Assembly: GCA_013239625.1 (NCBI GenBank)
Contig: MU053482.1
Span: 4,347,167-4,411,166, forward strand
DNA: 64,000 bases
Direction: 5' to 3'
Source of the DNA: Lama guanicoe
Taxonomy: Eukaryota
The position numbers were made by a program, and so were the translations under genes. The notes beneath the pieces were generated by a model that did not search any database, was not told the origin of the DNA, and saw only the letters and a program-made list of their open reading frames with translations. This document shows, in pieces, positions 23,443 through 36,515 of the stretch (position 1 is its first letter; every line of letters starts with the position of its first letter).

Positions 23443-24639
23443 GCTAGATTTTTTTTTTTTTTTACGTCTGTGAAGCTCCCGGGACAAACTATGTCTTGTA
23501 ACCCCAGTTGTCATTTAAGTGGCACCAGACTCATTCCAGTGCCTAGGGAGATCCTGCACAGAAATATCCCTGGGGGGATTAAGCTCTCTGTGAACTGTAA
23601 AGTCCCTGTACATGCTGTTTGTGATTGATGTTAGGAAGGAGAGAAGTGTGCCTGCCAGCGGAGGGGCTTGGCTGGACTCCAGTGCCTGACACTATTTTGT
23701 TTATTATTAGAGCAAATACTTATTCATATTATTCATTTTTTATTATTCACTTCTCAGAACCTGAATAAAATTCCTTCAAACAAAGCCTTTTTAAAACAGA
23801 TTTCGATCCCCTTCTCCATCTGTGGGGTGCATTTTCCTGTCCTGAAGAGTGTCACTTTGGGTGCCAGCACCCCAACCAGCCATGGTTCCAGTACTCAAGG
23901 TGGCTCCCTCAAGTGATGTCTTCTGGATTCAAAGAACTGTCCCCACCAGAGGGAGAGCATGAAAGCAAGGCAGGGGCACTTTAACCAGTGCTTTGCTCAC
24001 AGTAACTCCCAAAAGGTGCTGTGAAAACAGACACCAACTAGGGATGTCAGAAGATTTCTTTACCCATAGCTAGAAGAGAGAACAATAGGTGTGGGTTGGG
24101 GAGAGAGCAGACGATAGTATGTATATGTATGAGAAGAGAGACGATGCACTATTTCTGAAAAAATCAAGGTACAGAAATCTGCACCCATGAAGGAATAAAA
24201 TCTGTCTCCCTTTCTTCTCCTCTGAAAGTATAATCAGATCACAGACAGAGGGTCTGAACTTTCTTTTGATTGGATGAATTTACAAGCAAAGGCCTCGAGT
24301 ACAGCCAATGGCAAAGATCTAATTATTCCTTCTGTTTCGCACTCTCTTCCAGGAGCAGGCCTAGAAGTTCAGCCCTTCCTAGGATTTTCCTAAACCACCA
24401 CAAGGCTAGACAGAGGAGCAGTACTCATTTTTCACATTCTTAATGGGGGGCGGGGACCCAAGTTTAGAAATAACGTTCAAGGAGAAAACAAAGTGGGTTG
24501 TGTGACCTTAAATTGTTGTCCACCTGGTCCTTTCATATATTTGTAATTGTGGAAGGGGGTGAATGCAACAAGAGTGTAGAACAGGCCCTTCTCTCTGAAA
24601 GGTCACAGGGTCGAGTTGACCAGTTCAAAGAATATTCAC

Positions 24640-24830
24640 TGGAGGTGCAGCCAGACTCCATGACTCTAATGCCAGATCCACCACTTACTAGTTTTGTGAG
24701 CTTGGATGAGTTTCAAAGCACCATTGGGGTTCAGTTTCCCCTCATGCCAAGTGTAAATAACACTTGCTGAAGAACTGGCTGTGAAGATTAAACAAGAGAA
24801 TGCACCAGAAAGGGCTCTCATTAGTGCAGG
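24640..24830 (+). mobile_element. MIR SINE
   Basis: gcagccagactcc...ccaccacttactagttttgtgagcttgg...cagtttcccctc...gtgaagattaaacaagagaatg. Confidence 0.75.
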
Positions 24831-25926
24831 ACTCAGGATCACGAGAGGTTTCCTTCTAGGATATGGTGAACTCTGTAGAGTTCCATGAGCTCCGTTTGCT
24901 GGTGAGCAATACTTGGTTTCCACACTGACCAATATCAGTTCTCTCTCCCCTGATGAAAGTTAATAGGAAATAAAACTATAGGCATCAAGGTGCTTGTGTT
25001 GCCTACCTGAGCTCCAGCACATTGACTTTCTATTCATAATGTCTGTCTTCACCATCAGTAGGGCAGTGAGCTGGTTTCAGGGACTGTTGCCCCCAGGACT
25101 GCTTAATGCCTGCTCAAGACCCTTAATCCCCTGGTTTTAGACAAGGGAATTAGAAGGGAGCACAAAGACTTTACCCAGAAAAATTTTACAGTCACAAGGA
25201 CAGAAAAGGGCCCCAATGGAAGCCCTCCTATAAACATTACCTGGGTAGAGATTCATTTATTTGGCCTTCATTTCAATGACATTTGACACAACAAGTAACT
25301 ACTGAGTCCCGGAGGTTTTGTCTGCATGATCAGTTGCCCCAGGCCCTGTCCAGTTTACACAAACATGTGGATATAACCTAAGTCTCAAAGTCTCATTATG
25401 GGTGTCTTTTCTGAGCCTGGAAAGCTGCTAAAGATTATCAGGGGATCGCTCCTGGATGTGAGCAGGTCTTGCAGAGACTCTAGTGCAATTTATTTCTTTA
25501 AAGTTATGCCTAGAATTTGAACCTAGGCTCTCTTTCCACTCCTGCTGCAAGAGGAAAGTGAATACCTTGAAGAACATATGAAAGGGGCTAGAGATCCTTG
25601 ATGGGGTCTTTCCAGTACAATCTTTAGATTTTACCCATCTCTTATATTGAGTAGGCAGCTGCCCTCTTGATGTGATGTGACAGGGTGCTAAGTAGAACTT
25701 CGTACCCACAAGCACAGCCACACTGTCATCCCACCAAATACTAAGACTTCACTCGGAATATCTTTGCCACCAGGGTTGAGAAGCCAGTCATTAATGGAAT
25801 TTATCTACCAATTGATTACATTCTGAGTGGGGTACCATGACCTGAGGGCTAAAGAGGAATAGGGGACCAATCTGGGCCAATGGCAAGAGTCATTCTTCAG
25901 AGAATGATGTCAGTGGTCATCTATAC

Positions 25927-25942
25927 CCACCAGATGGCAGCA
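25927..25942 (+). promoter_or_regulatory. Candidate CTCF binding site
   Basis: CCACCAGATGGCAGCA closely matches the CTCF core consensus CCA(C/G)(C/T)AG(A/G)(G/T)GGC. Confidence 0.65.
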
Positions 25943-26304
25943 CCATGCAAAGCCTTGGGGCCAGAGGTGTCAATTGGGATTTGGGGGCTACAGGGGAAAA
26001 ATGAGCCTTGATAATGGAAAGTCTCAATCCCTGGGCTGGCTACGTGGGAAGTGGGTTTTCCAAGTCCCTAGGAGAACAGAGATTACTAGGGCTTCCAGCA
26101 GGGATGGATACAAGGTTCAGAGACAAAGGCTGAGGAGAAGCAGTAGGTCCAAGATTGCATCCTACTAAGCCACAGGGCTGAGATGCCATTGACGAAAAGG
26201 CATACCTCTGGGGGACAGGCAGTGAAAAAAGAGAGGAATGTTTCTTTAGTACTTACATTGTCTCAGGCTTAGTGTTTTTCACATGTTGTCCCTTGAGCAC
26301 AGAT

Positions 26305-26520
26305 TAAGGAGCCAGAGATTCATATTCCAGGCCTGCCATTTACTGGTATGATCTTGGGCAAATCACTTAACCTCTTTGTGCCTTGGTTTCTTCATCTATA
26401 AAATGGGGATAATAATAATAATACCCACCTCATGGGGATGCTGTGAGCATTAGATGAATTCATGTATGTAAAGCACATTGAAGGCACTATATAAGTATTG
26501 ACTATTGTTATTTTTACTAT
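26305..26520 (+). mobile_element. MIR SINE
   Basis: gccatttactgg...atcttgggcaaatcacttaacctctttgtgccttggtttcttcatctataaaatggggataataata. Confidence 0.9.
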
Positions 26521-26724
26521 CTTTGAGCCCTAAAGTATTTGAAAGGTCAACCTAAGGAGAGATAAGCTACCCAGAGAGAACATTCTTCTAACTAGGAGCA
26601 AAGGGTCCTAGAAACGACTCTTGGTTCTTCCTCTCTCACCTTATTGAAAGACCCAAAGTAACTCCTCGCTGAATCGCAAGGCAGATCCTGACTGGAATCC
26701 TGCTTTTAGAGTCATCTAAGCATC

Positions 26725-26920
26725 TGTCTACTTATTTATCCACTAAATATTTCTGAGTACCTGCTCTGTGCTAGACCCAGTGCTGGCTACTGGTAACACA
26801 GAGATGACTTAAAGGCCAGCACCCTTGCCCTCAGGGAGATCACTGTTTAGTGGAGGAGGCCATCAAATAAACAACTGTTAGACAGTCTGATAAGCTCTTA
26901 ACTGATATACTATATTAATA
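26725..26920 (-). mobile_element. L2 3' fragment
   Basis: ttatttatccactaaatatttctgagtacctgctctgtgctagaccc...ccttgccctcagggagatcac. Confidence 0.75.
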
Positions 26921-27049
26921 CAAAAGAGAAAGGCACAAGCCGTTGTAGATGCACCGAATTCCTCCCAAATTAGTGATTATGCAACTTCTGAACAGCTCCA
27001 TTTCCATTCAACCACTGGACAGCTCTGCTGGGTGGGAATTTGTTCTTTA

Positions 27050-27790
27050 GACCTAGAGGAAAATATCTGCAAGATATTTAATAGACCAAAGATTGATATC
27101 CAGAACATATAAAGAATTCACATAAACCAACAAAATAGAGAGGCAAAATATGCAAACAGAAAAATGGACTAAGAATATGAACAAGGAATGAACTAAAGAG
27201 AAATTATAAATATCCAATACACATATGAAAGGATGCCTAAACTTGTTAAAAGTACCAGGAAACACATTTTTAAAAATATAGATACCATATCTCTCCCATC
27301 AGACTGACAAATTTAATGTGATGATTTTCAAGTATTAGAGAGAATATAAGGAAAATAAGTACTAATATTTCCTGCTGGTGAACGTGCAATTGGTACAGTC
27401 ACTCTGGGATGCAGTTTGCAGGAATGATGAAATTTTAAATGAACATACCCTACGACTTGTACTCAAAGTGTGGTCCACGGACCAGTAGCTTCAGCATCAG
27501 TTGGGTGCTTATTAGAAACGTGGAGTATCAGGCCCATCCCACATCCACTGAATCAGAATCTGCATTTTAACAAAATCCTGAGATGAGTCACATATAAAAT
27601 AAAATCTGAGAAGCAATACACACGAAACTGTTAATCATAGGCTTTCTTTGGAAAAAGAACCACAATTAAAGGTAGTGGCCAACTGCTGAACTTTTACCAG
27701 GCTCATCTGTAAAATCTGAATTTTTTCAGTGTATATTACTTAATGTTATACTTCTGAAATTCGATTTTTTTTTAATTTAAAAAATTATTC
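27050..27790 (+). mobile_element. Old L1 (L1ME-like) 3' fragment, interrupted by a MER5-type element
   Basis: gattgatatccagaacatataaagaattc; aaaatggactaagaatatgaacaagg; catatgaaaggatgc. Confidence 0.75.
27457..27615. mobile_element. MER5-family hAT-Charlie MITE
   Basis: ctcaaagtgtggtccacggaccagtagc...ctgaatcagaatctgcattttaacaa...tctgagaagca. Confidence 0.85.
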
Positions 27791-28379
27791 CTTTGGTCAT
27801 GATGAAGTCTGTTTCACACTGGTTGCTGTCCTTCTTTGTGACCTGAGCTAGGCTTGTAGCTACTCTAGACCTGTTTCTTAATATGTAAAACAGGAATAAT
27901 AATTTCACTTAGTGAACAATAGAACATCCCAGCCTTACACCTTGGTAGGCTTTGAGCACATCACACCAAACACAACTCAGTCTTTGATGTTCACAATGAT
28001 TCTTCATCACCAGGAAAATGGCCATCCTTCATGGTTTATGGCCAAAGGGAAGAGAGCAATACCATAGGAGGGAGATTTTTGTCAAATGGAACAAATATAT
28101 ACACAAGCACACACACACACAATTCTTAAGCTACTTATACTAATTGTAGGTGTTTCCTATTGAAAAGATAAAAGGAATCATCAAGACACCATATCACCAT
28201 GTTGTGAGAGCCAGAATGTTATCAACCACCACCTCTTCCTTTTGCTCCCTCAGAGCCATTTCTTAGTTTTGTGTACTTTGCATAAATAACACTATGTTGC
28301 CTGCTAGTGGAGATTCAGTAAAAGATTTGGCTTCCTATACTTGAAAAGGATGCTCAATAGGAGATACATTGATTAGGAA

Positions 28380-28625
28380 AGCAACAGAGCATGGTGGTTA
28401 CACACATGTAACTAGGCAAGCTTGGGTTTGAATTCTAGATCTGATCTGCCATTTACTAGTTCTGTGAATCTGGGCAAGCTGCTTAAGTTTCTGTGTCTCA
28501 ATCTCCTCCTCTGTAAAACAGAAGATCTACCTCATAGGATTGTTGTGAAGATTAAATGTAATTTGTAAAGATTGGCATTGAGTCTGTGGTAAGTATTCAA
28601 CACATGTTAGTTTTAATAGTACTTA
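28380..28625 (+). mobile_element. MIR SINE
   Basis: agcatggtggtta...tgggtttgaattctag...gccatttactagttctgtgaatctgggcaag...cctcataggattgttgtgaagattaaatg. Confidence 0.88.
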
Positions 28626-28889
28626 ATACTTTTATTTAGGTAATAAATCATGGTATTTCATTTCTAATCCACAATTATACATATTTTATAACATATATTG
28701 AGGAACCCTAACCCTTCTGTAGTCCAAGGACTAAATATATATTTTTAATGTTTTATTACTTAAAGGGATGAGTATCAATTTTCTACACAGTTTATAGAAG
28801 TAGAACCAAGCAGAACTACACAGAATAGTATGATATGTCTTATTTGACCCCCTAGACACTCTAAGGCAGGTAGGGTATACTAGCACTGT

Positions 28890-29070
28890 TCAATCCACAG
28901 AGCCCTGTTCACACATATCTCCTACTGATCTTCACAACCACCCCATAAGGTAAGTTATTATCATACCCATTTTCCAGATGAGGAAACTGTACCTAAGGCA
29001 AATATTGATGAGTAAAATTGGCAGAGGGCTACTGACGCCAAGTCCAGTACTCTTTGTGTATACCACATGC
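28890..29070 (-). mobile_element. MIR SINE
   Basis: atcttcacaaccaccccataaggtaagttattatcatacccattttccagatgaggaaactg. Confidence 0.85.
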
Positions 29071-29121
29071 CTCCTGGGTATCTATCTTCAGTGATGGAAC
29101 AACTGCTGATTAAGACTTCAA

Positions 29122-29192
29122 TTAAAAAAAAAAGAAAGGAAGGAGGGAGGGAAGGAAGGAAGGGAGGAAGGGAGGAAGGGAGGAAGGAAAAA
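29122..29192. repeat. Purine-rich (GGAA)/(GGGAGGAA)n tract
   Basis: aaagaaaggaaggagggagggaaggaaggaagggaggaagggaggaagggaggaaggaaaaa. Confidence 0.9.
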
Positions 29193-30268
29193 GACCCAGA
29201 GTGAGAGACCTCTTGAAAGTATTTGCATCTTCAAAGAGGATTGCTAAAAACAGAAGCGCTTTCAAACCCTAACTGGATGTTGTCCCCTGAGCAAGGAAAA
29301 GAGCTACAAAATCATCCCTTTCCAAAGGAGAGGATCTGGAAAGGGAAGTCACATTTACTGAGCCCCTACTGATAGCAGAAGTACAGTCACAGATTTCCTC
29401 AAACTCATGAAAGGTGCTTCCCTGCTTACTCATGTGGGCTTCAGGAAGGTAGGAAGATGAGGAGCTGGGATGGCAAAATGCCCCTCTTCTTAGAAAATGC
29501 CTGGAGGCTTCCCTCGTGCCTGGGTAAAAGGACAGAAACCTCCTTCAGCTGCTTCACAGCAGAGAGCCCTCCTTCCCAAAGCCTCAAAGGAATAGCACAG
29601 GACCTGTGTGAGGGATTGCTGGTGCCAGCCAGGCATGAGGAGAAGCAAGTGACCTTTTCAGGATTGGTATATGATGGTCTGGGGCATTATTGGCCCATAA
29701 GTATGTTCTGTGCTTTGCTGCCAGCCAGATGGTAAATAAAATATTCAGCAGACACACAACCTCCTCACCACAGTGAGGTGACTGGCTTGTTCAGAACAGA
29801 GTGATTTCGGTAGAAAGCATAAATTGCAAGTGGCAAGAAGCAGCTGGGAGAGAGTCAACAATCTGCTTCCTGTGACAGAACCAGAGACCAGAGCCGGGGA
29901 CAGCTTGCATTTGCAACAGGCCCAGAGCCCCTCCTCAGAGAACTGTGGAATCTGTCATCAAAGGACTTCTATAAACTTGGTTCCAAGACAAATGCAGATG
30001 CACAAAAGTACAAAGTACTCAGATAGATGATTCCAGATAAAACAGCCTCAGCAGGTGCCAATGGATAAGCTGATGTGGCAGGATGTATTTACAGACACCA
30101 ATACAATCACTCTTCCATCAGAGTCCAAACCCACAGAGGATCTAGTTATATGCTAGTAATCCTCCACTGTGCATGGAATCCCTTATCCAGGCATTTGCAA
30201 GGATGATGAGAGAGCCGACAGACTCCAGAAGAGAGTGCTTAGGACCTCATGTTTCCAAGCTTTTTGAC

Positions 30269-30936
30269 AGAACTACCTTACAATCTAGCAATTCCATTGC
30301 TGGGTATTTTCCTGAAGGCAACATAAACACTAATTTGAAAAGATACATGCACCCCTATGTTCATTGCAGCATTATTTTCAATAGCCAAGATAAGGAAGAA
30401 ACCTAAATATCCACTAATAGATGAAGGGATAAAGAAGATGCAGTATATAAATAAAATGGAATATTACTCAGCCACAAAAAGAATGAAATCTTGTCATTTG
30501 CAACAGCATGGATGGACCTAGAGGGTATTATGCTAAGTGAAATAAGTCAGACAGAGAAAGATAAATACTATATAATTTCACTTATATATGGAATCTAAAA
30601 AACAAAACAAACATATTAACAGAAAAACTCATAGGTACAGAAACAAACTGGTGGCTGCCAGAGGGGAGCAGAGGGGACAGATGAGTGAAAGAGGTGAGGG
30701 AAATTAAGAGATGCAAACTTCCAGTTACAATGAAACTAATCCCATTACATGCAGAAGTAATGGGCAGCATAGGGAATATAGTCAATAATATTGTAATAAC
30801 TTTGTATGATGACAGATGGTAACTAGACTTATCGTGGTGATCATTTTGTAATGTATAAAAATATCAAATCACTATGTCATACACCTAAACTAGTATAATT
30901 TTGTAAGTCAATTATACTTCAGTAATAAATAAATAA
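30269..30936 (+). mobile_element. LINE-1 3' end (ORF2 C-terminus + 3' UTR; L1MA-like)
   Basis: aaagatacatgcacccctatgttcattgcagcatta; gcaacagcatggatggacctagagggtattatgctaagtgaaataagtcagacagagaaag; A-rich tail. Confidence 0.92.
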
Positions 30937-32539
30937 GGTAATTAAACAAGTTGCTGGATATATGATCAATAAACAAGAATCAATTGCTTTTCTACAGATC
31001 AAAAAAAATGGAAAACAATGAAAAAATTATATTTATTATAGCAAGAAAAAAATACCTAAAATGCAAGCTAGCAAAAGTTGTGCAAGAGACAGCACAGCTC
31101 CAACAGTCACACTTACAATGGTCATCCTATTCAGAATGTCATAACTGAGTAAAAAGCTGAGGTCCAGAGCTGACCTCTCAGATCTACCCAATTATCTTCT
31201 ACTGAAGATTTTTTCCCTAGTGGCTGCCCTCCAAGATGGAATCCAATGTCTCCAGTAACTCAGTGGAGGCCGAGAGTCCAGAATTGGAGGCAACAAGGGA
31301 TCTAGATCCTTACACAGTCTAGGCCCAAGGGGCCTCCCTACTCTTCACAGTATTTTTTCATATTTCAACCTTCCAGATCTTAATCAAAGAACAGAACATT
31401 TTTCTTTTTAGTCTGTTAACTTCACTAACAACCACAAAAGAAGGCACTTGAAATAGAAGAAGCTGTGCAGGAGTCTTCCATCCACTCAGCTCCCTGGCCA
31501 TCCTTCTACCCACTCAAGCAAGATAACAGGTAAGTTGAGGCACCCTGAGGCTGGCATCTGACATGGCCAACTGTGAAAAGTCAGGCATCACCGCCTCAGG
31601 GATGATGTGTGAGTACGGGGTGCTGGAAGGCATCCTGGAGAAGAAGGAATTTATGTCCACACAGGACAGAGGGCATCCCACACTCATTGTGGGCCGGGGC
31701 CCACACCGGCGGCACTGGAGCCACGCCCGTCACTCGGCGAAATCCCGGAGTCCAGGAGCTGAGGGCTCAGCTATACCGTGTGCTTCTCTAAGGAAGTTCC
31801 CTAGCAGCTGCCACCTTTCCAAATCCCTAAAAGGCTGCAGCATTCTAGACAGTGTCCGGGCTGAACTTCTGAAGGAGGAGGCCCATGGCCGCCATGGCCA
31901 CTGTCACTTCGCCTCAGCTCACGTTCTGGGTTCACTGATGACAGGCCGGAGGCTTTAACCAAACTCCAGCCCCTCTAATCCAGCAACCCTATCTTGGGAT
32001 GGTTCCCGCGGCAACTTAGCAACTCGCAAGGGCTGCTGGGAACGGGGCGTCGTCCCCGTTTTCCTGATTTTAAGAGAGGTCAGTACGGAACGCTGTGGTG
32101 GACTCAAATTAATCACTAAAGTGACCAAGTACTGACTTAACAACGGGAGGATGGCATTGGGGTAGGGCTATTTGCCTTTCCGTTGAGTAATCACAACCTG
32201 CTGAACGAATTAAGTTCGTTTAATATTTTTAGTGTGTGTCGTTCCTTACAATCAACCTACCGCTTTTCACAGCTGCCGGTGTGGGGTTTTTTTTCCTCAT
32301 TGCACTCCCACGTTCTTTTTTAAATTGTTACTCTTAATCTGCCATAAATTGGGGAAACAAACAGCTGAATTATTAGAATTGGATGTAAATGAGGAAAAAA
32401 GGCTTTAAGCAAGGGACTAAGGGGCTCTACCCTGAACAAAATATTCACGGGTTTGACATGTTTATTGGTTCACTTATTTCCTGCTTCTCAACTTCCTCAC
32501 TGTTCCAACAGCTTGAACTCCTCGCCCCACCAATTAATT

Positions 32540-33265
32540 CCCCACAAAGCAGCCAGAGTGATCTCCTAAAAATACAGAATTGATTCTGTTACACACATGC
32601 CCTCCATCCCTCCCACCTTAGAATCCTTTAGTGGCTTCTCGTCACCCTTGGGACGAAGTCTAGCCTTCATGTGGCCTTTGATAGGGGTTCATAGCCCTGC
32701 CAGATCTGGCCTCTCCTACCTTCCTCCTTCATCACTTCCAGGCCCTCGTACAGGTCACACTTAACCTCACCACATCCCAGCAGCTCACCTCATGGGTTTT
32801 ATCTTAACCACTTCCTCTAGAAAGCTTCCCTGACACCCAGAACAAAGTCATGCCTCCAACGTTGGCCCATGGCCCCACCCACTTCCCCATCCAAACATTT
32901 AGCCCTAACTCACAACTACATAACAGCATTATAGATTTGTAGCTCCTCCTTTTACTAGCTGGGTTGCCTTAGGCAAATTACTTAACCTCTCTAAGCCTCA
33001 GTTTCCTTATCTGTAAAATGGAGATAGTTATTTCACCTACCTCTTAACCTCACAGAGAAGGTTGAGATGGTGCTGATAGAGCACTTAGCACAATAAATGT
33101 GATTACTATTTTTCAGTTATCTGTTTTCCTCACCAAAATGTAAGTCCTGTGAGGTGAGGAGCCATGTCTGTCTTCTGCTTACCATGACATGCACAGTACT
33201 GAGCACAGAATCTGGGATATCACTACTCAGCTACTGCTGAGTGTTTGCTAAATGAATAAATGAAT
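32540..33265 (+). mobile_element. L2 remnant with an inserted MIR (~32950-33110)
   Basis: gcagccagagtgatctcctaaaatacag...; MIR core ttaggcaaattacttaacctctctaagcctcagtttccttatctgtaaaatggag; L2 tail gtttgctaaatgaataaatgaatg. Confidence 0.8.
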
Positions 33266-33562
33266 GTCAATTTCCTGCCTAAGAATCTCTGGGGGCTCCC
33301 ATTTCAAATTTGAGCAGATTTCCATTCTTCTACACGGCGTTCTTCAGCCTGCGTACCCCAGCCCTTTCAGCTTTCCTCTGCTGCACCTTAACAGCTTGTC
33401 TGATGAAACTGCCTTCACCTCCTCTCTGTTCATCACATCCTCCCTTCCAGGCTGGGTCTTTCCTCCTCCAGGAAGCTTTTCTGTGCCCACTGCTCAGGTC
33501 TTCTTTGCTCTCCTACTCCGAATCACTTGTTTCGTTCTCAATCATTCCCTGGCTCCTTTCTG

Positions 33563-33710
33563 TTTCATTTATTTTATTTTTGGGAGGAGGGGGTAATTAG
33601 GTTTATTTATTTCTTTATTTATTTTAATGGAGAGACTGGGGATTGAACCCAGGACCTCATGCACGCTAAGCATACACTCTACCACTGAGCTATACCCTTC
33701 CCCACCCCCA
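33563..33710 (-). mobile_element. Young tRNA-derived SINE of camelid type with target-site duplication
   Basis: Minus strand GGGTATAGCTCAGTGGTAGAG (box A, 33682-33692)...GGGTTCAATCCCC (box B, 33639-33649)...AAATAAACCTAATTACC tail. TSD gctcctttctg (33552-33562) / gctccttcctg (33711-33721). Confidence 0.9.
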
Positions 33711-36224
33711 GCTCCTTCCTGGCCTTACCTCTCCTCCATTCCAGATGCAGTGGCCTTAAAGGCAATCTCCACTCTACCTTTCCTTTTGTGCCCTAATCCC
33801 TTCCCAGTCCCTGGTCAGAGTCGGCCCACCCTCAGCCAGGGTCTCTCTGCCTCCCACTCCTTCCAAAGGGCCATTTCTTTGGATAACGTTCCCTCAAAAA
33901 TTACATCCTCACAGTGTTTACCTCTGGGTTCCTGAGCTTCACCACGCCTCACTTAAGGTATTGACTTTTCAATTCGTGATGAATTATTCAGCAGCTCATT
34001 TTCAGCCAGACTCCTCTTTTCTTCAGGGCCTTCTCCTCCAGCCACCATCTCAGGGCAGCCTTTAAGTCTAATGACGTGTTTACGATTCATGCTCTCCCAG
34101 ACATTAAAGCATCGCAGCGCACTCAGGGATGATGGAGGGGCTACTTGAGATTCTCAGCAGAGGGAAGGGCCCAACAAGAGTGCTGCTCTGTTGTTTACAG
34201 AGAACAAAGATTTCCATCTCCACTACAAAGGATCCGTGTGCAGACAGTGGCAGAGGGGTTCCAGTGCAAAGGCGGGGCTTTCGCTGGAACTTGCCAAGCC
34301 TCCCTGAAGAGCAGCCTGGCAGCTGATGGCCACAGTCAGTCCTGCTTCCAGTCAACTCTAGGCTTAAGGATTTTTCATCTCTGTGCCAGTGACTTGAATA
34401 GAGGGGGAAAAAGAAATTTAAAAAGAAACTATAAATCTGCCACGATCAGGGGGCGCATCTGAGAGAGCAAGCAAATAAGAGGCAGCGCAGAATGCTTACC
34501 CTAAGGACTGAGTGTTCAGGTGGAGACCTCACATCCTGCTCAGAGGACCACCACCAGCGCCTGTCCCAGCCCTTCCTGTCTAATATCTTGCAAACCAGCT
34601 CAAGCTCCCTTTCTTCTGGGTGTTCCTGCCCCTGGCATGCCAGCTTCTTGACTCCTGGCCTCCCAGGCTCCCAGCTGGAAGCCTGTCTCCTCCCACAGCC
34701 TCCTAACCTGTGTCTCAGACTGCAGGTCATGACTGTAGATTCAGGGCCATCAGACATACTAAGGTGTAACTTACATGGTCAGTAACAGGGAGAGGTGATG
34801 AGGGGCTCTACCACTGAGGGTCATAGGATGGGAAGGAGACTCCCTGTTGTCTCGGATGTTGCTGACATCTGTAACTTCATTTTCTTCATAATGATTTGAC
34901 TAATCAATCTCCAGCCTGGTGTTTATTCTAATGACTCCCTTCAAGGAATTGACCCTGAGAAGACCAGAAGTGAGAGGCAGGTGACAGGACTTTCTTGGAT
35001 CTGATCAAAACTGGTGTTCCTGGTGGCACCAGAGAAGGTGTTGAGAACAATCAAAAATAATAATGACACAAATAAAAAACAAGGACAGCAGAGTGTGTGA
35101 TAACCAGAGGAAGAAAATAAAACTAGTCAGCATTGTGGCCATTTCTGCTCTGCCACAAAATCCCATCTTTCTCTCCTTGTTCCTCTCTCTTCCACTGAAC
35201 ACTGAGAGGACACAAAACCTGAGAGGATGGGACATTGTACCAGAGGCATCCACTCTCTCTTTTTAGAGAAGCCCTCAGCCCCGGCAGGTGCATCCTGCCA
35301 TCTTGCTTCTCCCACTACCCTCAGCCCTGTTTCTGGCAAAGCTAATCGAACGAGACATGGGCACCCCTTGGTTGGAGGTTAGCCCCATCAGACTCTCTCT
35401 CCCAGGAATCTGTGATTGAGACAGAAAAGATTGAATCCATTAGCAGTGGGGAGTAAAGGAGGGTAGTGGTATGTAGTCAAGAGAAAAGACCACCATTTTC
35501 GGAGAGCCAGGATGGGCCATGTGGAAGTAGATGAGTAACTAGGGAGGCCAGTTGAACAGAAGAGAATGAAAGAGAAGTGCTTAGGGAAAGATGAAGAAGA
35601 AAAAGGAGAAGAGAGAGAGATCTTCTCCAACTGCATTTCATGAGATTTTGCTGAATCCTAGCTGAGCTTCAGTGACTGGGTGTCCTTGCCACCCAGAGAT
35701 CCCTGACTTACACATCCCTAGGATTCCTACATCCAAGTTACTCACCAGCTTCTAAAGAAATAATTATCTTCAGATAAAATAACTAACATTTAATGAGCAC
35801 CTAGTAAGTGATAGAGCTATGATAATATAGATTAGAACTCACCAGTTCTAATCAAAACAGTCCAGTGAGATTGATCAACTTACTACCACTCTACAGCCAA
35901 GGGGACTGATACTCACACAGCTGAGATAACCAGCACAAGGTCCTGTACCTAGAACGGAGCAAAGCCTGGCTGGGAACCTGTTGGGGCTGGCGGCAAACCC
36001 ATGTGCCCCCAGGCCCACACTCCTGTCCAGTGTGAAAGGATGTGTGGTCCTCTGCCATGGCACCATCAGAGCACGTTTGCATCAGTGAAATTTCCAAGTA
36101 AATGAAATGAATCCTTCAAGGGAATTTTTTTTTTCAGACACGCTGGAAATCCTAAAAACTTACGTGACATTTTCCTGCCTGTTTAAACTAATCACTTACT
36201 GAGCACAATGTAGCATGCTTCTGA

Positions 36225-36454
36225 TTGATTCATTCATTCAAAAACATATGGGAGAACTTCTATTTGCCTGGCTTTATGATAAGAATACAAAGTTGTGTAA
36301 AACAAGACACCTTCCCCCAAGGAGTTCAAAGTCTGGCAGGGAAATGTACAAATAATATACATAATCATAACCATGACCATGGTAGCTGACATCTTTGGTT
36401 AGCCAGTATTTTAGTTGCAGTATCTTAAACGTCAAGATAAACTTATGCAGGAGA

Positions 36455-36515
<61 letters not shown>

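Noticed and set aside
33627..33710. tRNA gene
   Set aside because: tRNA-like head is followed by a SINE tail and flanked by a TSD, so it is a retroposon
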